IMG/VR virus record: IMGVR_UViG_3300021378_000028
Span: 1 to 56,899 of that record
Reading direction: 5' to 3' (one strand)
DNA: 56,899 nt
Origin: a virus
Lineage: Duplodnaviria > Caudoviricetes
Below are positions 53,255 through 56,899 of the stretch, in pieces. Position 1 is the stretch's first letter; each line of letters begins with the position of its first letter. Position numbers and translations under genes: made by a program. Below the pieces are notes generated by a model. It was not told the DNA's origin. It saw nothing but the letters and a program-made list of their open reading frames with translations, and made no database searches.

Positions 53255-55639
53255 CTAACGAACGGGATACCGTTGTCCTCCAAATACAAACTCTGATTTC
53301 CCTGCCGCTTTCGCCGCTGCTTCCGTTTCTTGCATTGTTAATTGTCGAGTGCCGCCCCCAGCCAAAGACGAAAAGTTGCTCATGTCAACGCCCATAGCCT
53401 CATAAATAGGAGTTACCCGGCTTATAGCTACACTTTGAACCGTCTCTCCCGGTTTAAGTTCTAATGTACCATCATCAATTTCTTTGGCTACTTGAGTTTC
53501 TGCGGCCTGAATTGCATCGATAGGAGATTTAAAATCTCGCATTCCGACCGCGTCCCCTGTTGCCCGCATACCTGCAACCGTTCGAGCGTTTCGAAGTCTC
53601 GCCTCTAGTCTGCGATCCTCGTTGGCCTCGGACAATGCCAACATGTTAATTTTATCTTTACGCGCTTGCTCGGATGCTCGATCCTGCTTCATCATCTTCG
53701 TGCCCGCAAGCAGCCCGTTGGCTATGTTGGACAGAGCATTGGGGCTTTCGCCCGCGGCTATAGCAAATCCAATCATTGCCATGTTGTGCCACATTTCTTT
53801 CTCAGCGTCTTTGTCTTTCATGCCTAGCATTTCGCTAAACATTTTCTCATACGCCTTGACCGATTCTTTGGGAGACAAGTTAACTTCTTGGCCCGTGAGC
53901 CCAGTAAAGATTTGATTGGACGTTTTATCTGATTTTTCCTCTGGGGTTAGATCTGGATCGTTAGCAATCTCTACAATAGGTTCAAGGTTCGAGGGCCCAG
54001 ATCTACCCGCATTCTCCGCCGCTTCTCTTCGTTGTTCTGGGGTTACATCAGGAATCGCTTGTTCATCATCTGCGTCCTCCGTTTCGACTTCCACAACCGC
54101 GGGTTTCGCTGCGGCTTCGGGTTCGACTTCCGTTTCCACAACCTCGGGTTTTGCTGCGGCTTCCGCCTTTTGGAGTTGTTGAGCCTCAATCTCATCCAGT
54201 GCATAGGGCACTTCTTTAAATGGTTTAGTCCTACTAAGAACTTGATCCACCGCAGAGGGTGGAGCCACGGGTTCTTTGGCCGCAATCTCACGAGCGTCTC
54301 TCGCAGCCTTCGCTGCTAGATCTAAAAACTCTCCAGATCCTGTTTCTTCGAACCTTTGCTGCGCATCCTCGGCAACACGTTCAGCTTCCATTTGAGGCTG
54401 TACGTTCGTGTCGAAGTTGTACTGATCTATAACCATCTTCTGCACGTTAGCTTCTGCTTTTGATCCGCCTCCTAGCATGATCTCCGCATTGCCCCCGCGT
54501 GGGCGGATGGCCCCTGTTTTTGGGTTGTAGTCAAAGACAGACATACCCATCGTGCCCTGATTTAAGGTCACTGGAACAAAACCGTCGTCCTCCGCAGCTG
54601 CGGCTAGTTCTTCGGAAGCAAGTTGATTTGCGTCCAATAATGGGGAATCAGGGCCCAGAGCATTGGCTATCGTTCCTTGCGTGTCTCCACTGTCAATACG
54701 AGCATTAGCTTCATCAGACAAAAGCGCCCGAGCTTGAGCCAATATCTCATCGTTTGGATCTGGAGCGGGTCCTTGTTGCGCCGCCAACATAAGCTCTGTT
54801 GCCAAGCCCGCACTCGGAGGTTGCGCCGTGGCGTTGCGAACAGCCGGAGTATTGAGTTCCGTCGCGCCGATAGTAGGTGGAATAAACCCTTCTGTCTGTA
54901 CATCCTGTTGAGGAACAAAAGCCTTAGACAACTCTCCAGGGAACATTACAGAGTCTTGAGAAGTCATCCCAGCCAACGCCGCCGCGGCTTCCCCCATGGG
55001 ACCACCTTGGTTTTCAGCAATAGAGCGGGCGGCAATTATATCTTCCATCGTAGGCGCCGCTGGAGCAGTAGGCTCAAACCCATCTGCCATAGGCATGCCA
55101 GTGCCACGCATTAACTCACCCATGCCTAGTCTAGGATCGGCTGTAAATTCAGGGGTGGTTACCGGATCCATTGTTTCAGGAACGGGTTGTGTGAACACAC
55201 GAGGTTGTCCCTGCGGGACAGGCATAGCCATAGCCATGTCCTCTTCCGCAATCCGCTCGCCTTGAGTAAGAATCTCCCGCTTCAAGGAAGGCTCTTCTAT
55301 CTCAACACCTGATTCTTCGTGAAATATCTTGTCTCGAATAACTCTAAAGGTATTACCTAAGAACCGAAATATAGACCCTTCAACCGCATCATGCGCAGCG
55401 TGAACCCGAGCGCCTAAGTTACGATCAAGTGCCCGAAAATCCATAGGAGTTCGACTGGAAGAAGCAAGTTGGTCCAAGGCTCCCTCGCCAGAGATTGCTC
55501 TTTCTCGAACGGTGCCACCACGCTCAAACTTCTGCACCTCATTCATTAACGGCTCGGACGAAGTCATGATACCGCTCATCTGGGACAAGCGGTTTCTTGC
55601 GCCTCGATTCGAAAAGAGCTTTCTGTCGTTTACGTTCAT
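53255..55639 (-). CDS. Internal virion / ejection protein
   Basis: 794 aa, acidic Ala/Pro-rich; MAMIGFAIAAG.SPNAL.NIA.G hydrophobic segment. Confidence 0.6.
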   Translation of the reverse strand: MNVNDRKLFSNRGARNRLSQMSGIMTSSEPLMNEVQKFERGGTVRERAISGEGALDQLASSSRTPMDFRALDRNLGARVHAAHDAVEGSIFRFLGNTFRVIRDKIFHEESGVEIEEPSLKREILTQGERIAEEDMAMAMPVPQGQPRVFTQPVPETMDPVTTPEFTADPRLGMGELMRGTGMPMADGFEPTAPAAPTMEDIIAARSIAENQGGPMGEAAAALAGMTSQDSVMFPGELSKAFVPQQDVQTEGFIPPTIGATELNTPAVRNATAQPPSAGLATELMLAAQQGPAPDPNDEILAQARALLSDEANARIDSGDTQGTIANALGPDSPLLDANQLASEELAAAAEDDGFVPVTLNQGTMGMSVFDYNPKTGAIRPRGGNAEIMLGGGSKAEANVQKMVIDQYNFDTNVQPQMEAERVAEDAQQRFEETGSGEFLDLAAKAARDAREIAAKEPVAPPSAVDQVLSRTKPFKEVPYALDEIEAQQLQKAEAAAKPEVVETEVEPEAAAKPAVVEVETEDADDEQAIPDVTPEQRREAAENAGRSGPSNLEPIVEIANDPDLTPEEKSDKTSNQIFTGLTGQEVNLSPKESVKAYEKMFSEMLGMKDKDAEKEMWHNMAMIGFAIAAGESPNALSNIANGLLAGTKMMKQDRASEQARKDKINMLALSEANEDRRLEARLRNARTVAGMRATGDAVGMRDFKSPIDAIQAAETQVAKEIDDGTLELKPGETVQSVAISRVTPIYEAMGVDMSNFSSLAGGGTRQLTMQETEAAAKAAGKSEFVFGGQRYPVR

Positions 55640-55648
55640 AGTAACTCC

Positions 55649-56899
55649 TTACTGTCCTGCGCGGTACATACCGTAAAGTCCGGTGGCTAACCCGCCAGCC
55701 TGTGACATGAAACTTGGGCTCGGCGTAGAAGCCTGCGTGAAACTTGACTGACCAATCGGCATACCTTGGTAAATATCTGAGTAGAAACCAAGCTCCTGCA
55801 TCGGCTGTTGATACTGTTGATACTGGTTTGCGAACTGCGCGTCCAGAATTGCCTGCTGTTGCTGCTGCTCCTGACCACCGATGTTCATCAAAGTATTCAT
55901 ATCGTTTAGGTTCAGACCCTGTTGCGCCTCGCCAAGCTGCGCTTGCTGCATGCCCAAGGATCCTAGACCCTGACCAACACCCGCAATACCCGATCCCAAC
56001 TGTCCGTACTGACCAGCAATCGCGCCCATCTGACCTGCGCCCGCCAGTCCCATTTGACCGTACTGCTGACCCATCTGACCAACTTGAGCACCCAAACCTG
56101 CCGCCTGACCTGCGCCCTGCATACCCATCTGTGCGCCCTGCATGCCAAGTCCAGCACCTTGGCCCTGCGTTCCCGCCGCCATTTGTGCACCCGCCAGTCC
56201 CATTTGACCCGCGGATTGTGCGCCCTGCATTCCCATTTGTGCACCTTGCATCTGAGCCTGACCCGCTTGCTGTGCCGCGCCCATGCCCATCTGCGCTGAT
56301 TGCGCTCCCATGGCTCCGGCTTGACCCGCTGCCTGCATGCCCTGCCCAGTGCCAGCAAGATTAAGTTGTCCGCTCGTGGCACGGTTTGCTGCGGCCTGAC
56401 CAAGGCCCGCCAGCCCAAGCTGCGTAGCCTGTGCCGCGGTGTTCGCACCCGCTTGTGTACCTTGCATAGCCGCTTGTCCGGCTTGACCTGCTGCCGACAT
56501 ACCCGTCTGCGTAGCTTGCAAACCTGTGCCCGCACCCGCTTGACCAAGTTGACCCATAAGCCCTGCTGCTGATTGCTGCCGACCTTTGGCCGCTTCGTAT
56601 GCAGCTTGAGCTCGTTGAGACGCGCTCTCATATCCAGCCTGACGCATTCCCGCAGCAGTCTTAGCCTGCTGGTCTAACACGTTTCGACTAATCTCCGCGC
56701 CTTCAATACCCTGGCGCGAGCCACCAAAGGCCCCCGCACCAACGGCTGTTGCACCAAGTTGATTCTGTTGTTGTTGCCCAGCGCGAGCCACATCCGCCAT
56801 AGCGGCGTCAATCACCGACTGCTCGTATGGGTTCATGTAATCGCCAATAGCTGACGGATCAAACTCTGCCGCAGACCCTTGAAGGCCGGATATAGCAGC
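55649..56899 (-). CDS. 3' part of the Gly/Gln/Ala/Met-rich internal virion protein (continues from 1..1004)
   Basis: MNPYEQSVID...GAGAFGGSRQG...SQAGGLATG motifs of podovirus DNA-transfer proteins; in frame with the 1004 start. Confidence 0.75.
   Translation of the reverse strand, partial: AAISGLQGSAAEFDPSAIGDYMNPYEQSVIDAAMADVARAGQQQQNQLGATAVGAGAFGGSRQGIEGAEISRNVLDQQAKTAAGMRQAGYESASQRAQAAYEAAKGRQQSAAGLMGQLGQAGAGTGLQATQTGMSAAGQAGQAAMQGTQAGANTAAQATQLGLAGLGQAAANRATSGQLNLAGTGQGMQAAGQAGAMGAQSAQMGMGAAQQAGQAQMQGAQMGMQGAQSAGQMGLAGAQMAAGTQGQGAGLGMQGAQMGMQGAGQAAGLGAQVGQMGQQYGQMGLAGAGQMGAIAGQYGQLGSGIAGVGQGLGSLGMQQAQLGEAQQGLNLNDMNTLMNIGGQEQQQQQAILDAQFANQYQQYQQPMQELGFYSDIYQGMPIGQSSFTQASTPSPSFMSQAGGLATGLYGMYRAGQ
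56769..56899. repeat. Terminal direct repeat / circular assembly overlap (copy 2)
   Basis: Matches 1-131. Confidence 0.95.

Noticed and set aside
55744-56631. Alternative-frame ORFs 55744..56364 (+) and 55963..56631 (-)
   Set aside because: By-products of low-complexity Gly/Gln/Ala coding, with no motif or RBS, unlike the nested methyltransferase ORF

Overview
The window is an essentially complete, circularly permuted dsDNA tailed phage genome of about 56.77 kb: bases 1-131 repeat at 56769-56899 with one mismatch. It is podovirus-like and probably infects a marine alphaproteobacterium. The gene set (303-aa major capsid, GroES, large portal, PolA, prim-pol, SNF2 and UvrD helicases, no RNA polymerase or integrase seen) recalls HTVC023P/37-F6-like marine phages, which is an inference made without a database search. 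Layout: a long minus-strand late arm (29.9 kb down to 1, continuing 56.9 to 49.1 kb) holds terminase, portal, lysis, capsid, tail and ejection genes. A plus-strand early cassette block lies at 30.3-33.1 kb, an origin-like element at about 34.2 kb, an accessory block at 34.4-40.2 kb and a replication module at 40.5-49.1 kb. The standout feature is at 36.9-38.8 kb: a lone RAMP/Cas7-like gene followed by a hairpin, a 526-nt non-coding array of 9 units and a partner gene. Each unit is delimited by GGCGGTC and built from G-G/T/A-Y-N-N pentamers. This looks like a phage-encoded, non-CRISPR RNA-guided system. Other notable items: a C5 methyltransferase with a nested alternative-frame subunit, identical 17-nt junctions between tail-fibre modules, a shared [F/Y/M/K]xxGGx[V/I] motif in many late proteins, oriented heptamer clusters and a candidate stand-alone small RNA. 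All calls come from motif reading and gene context only.
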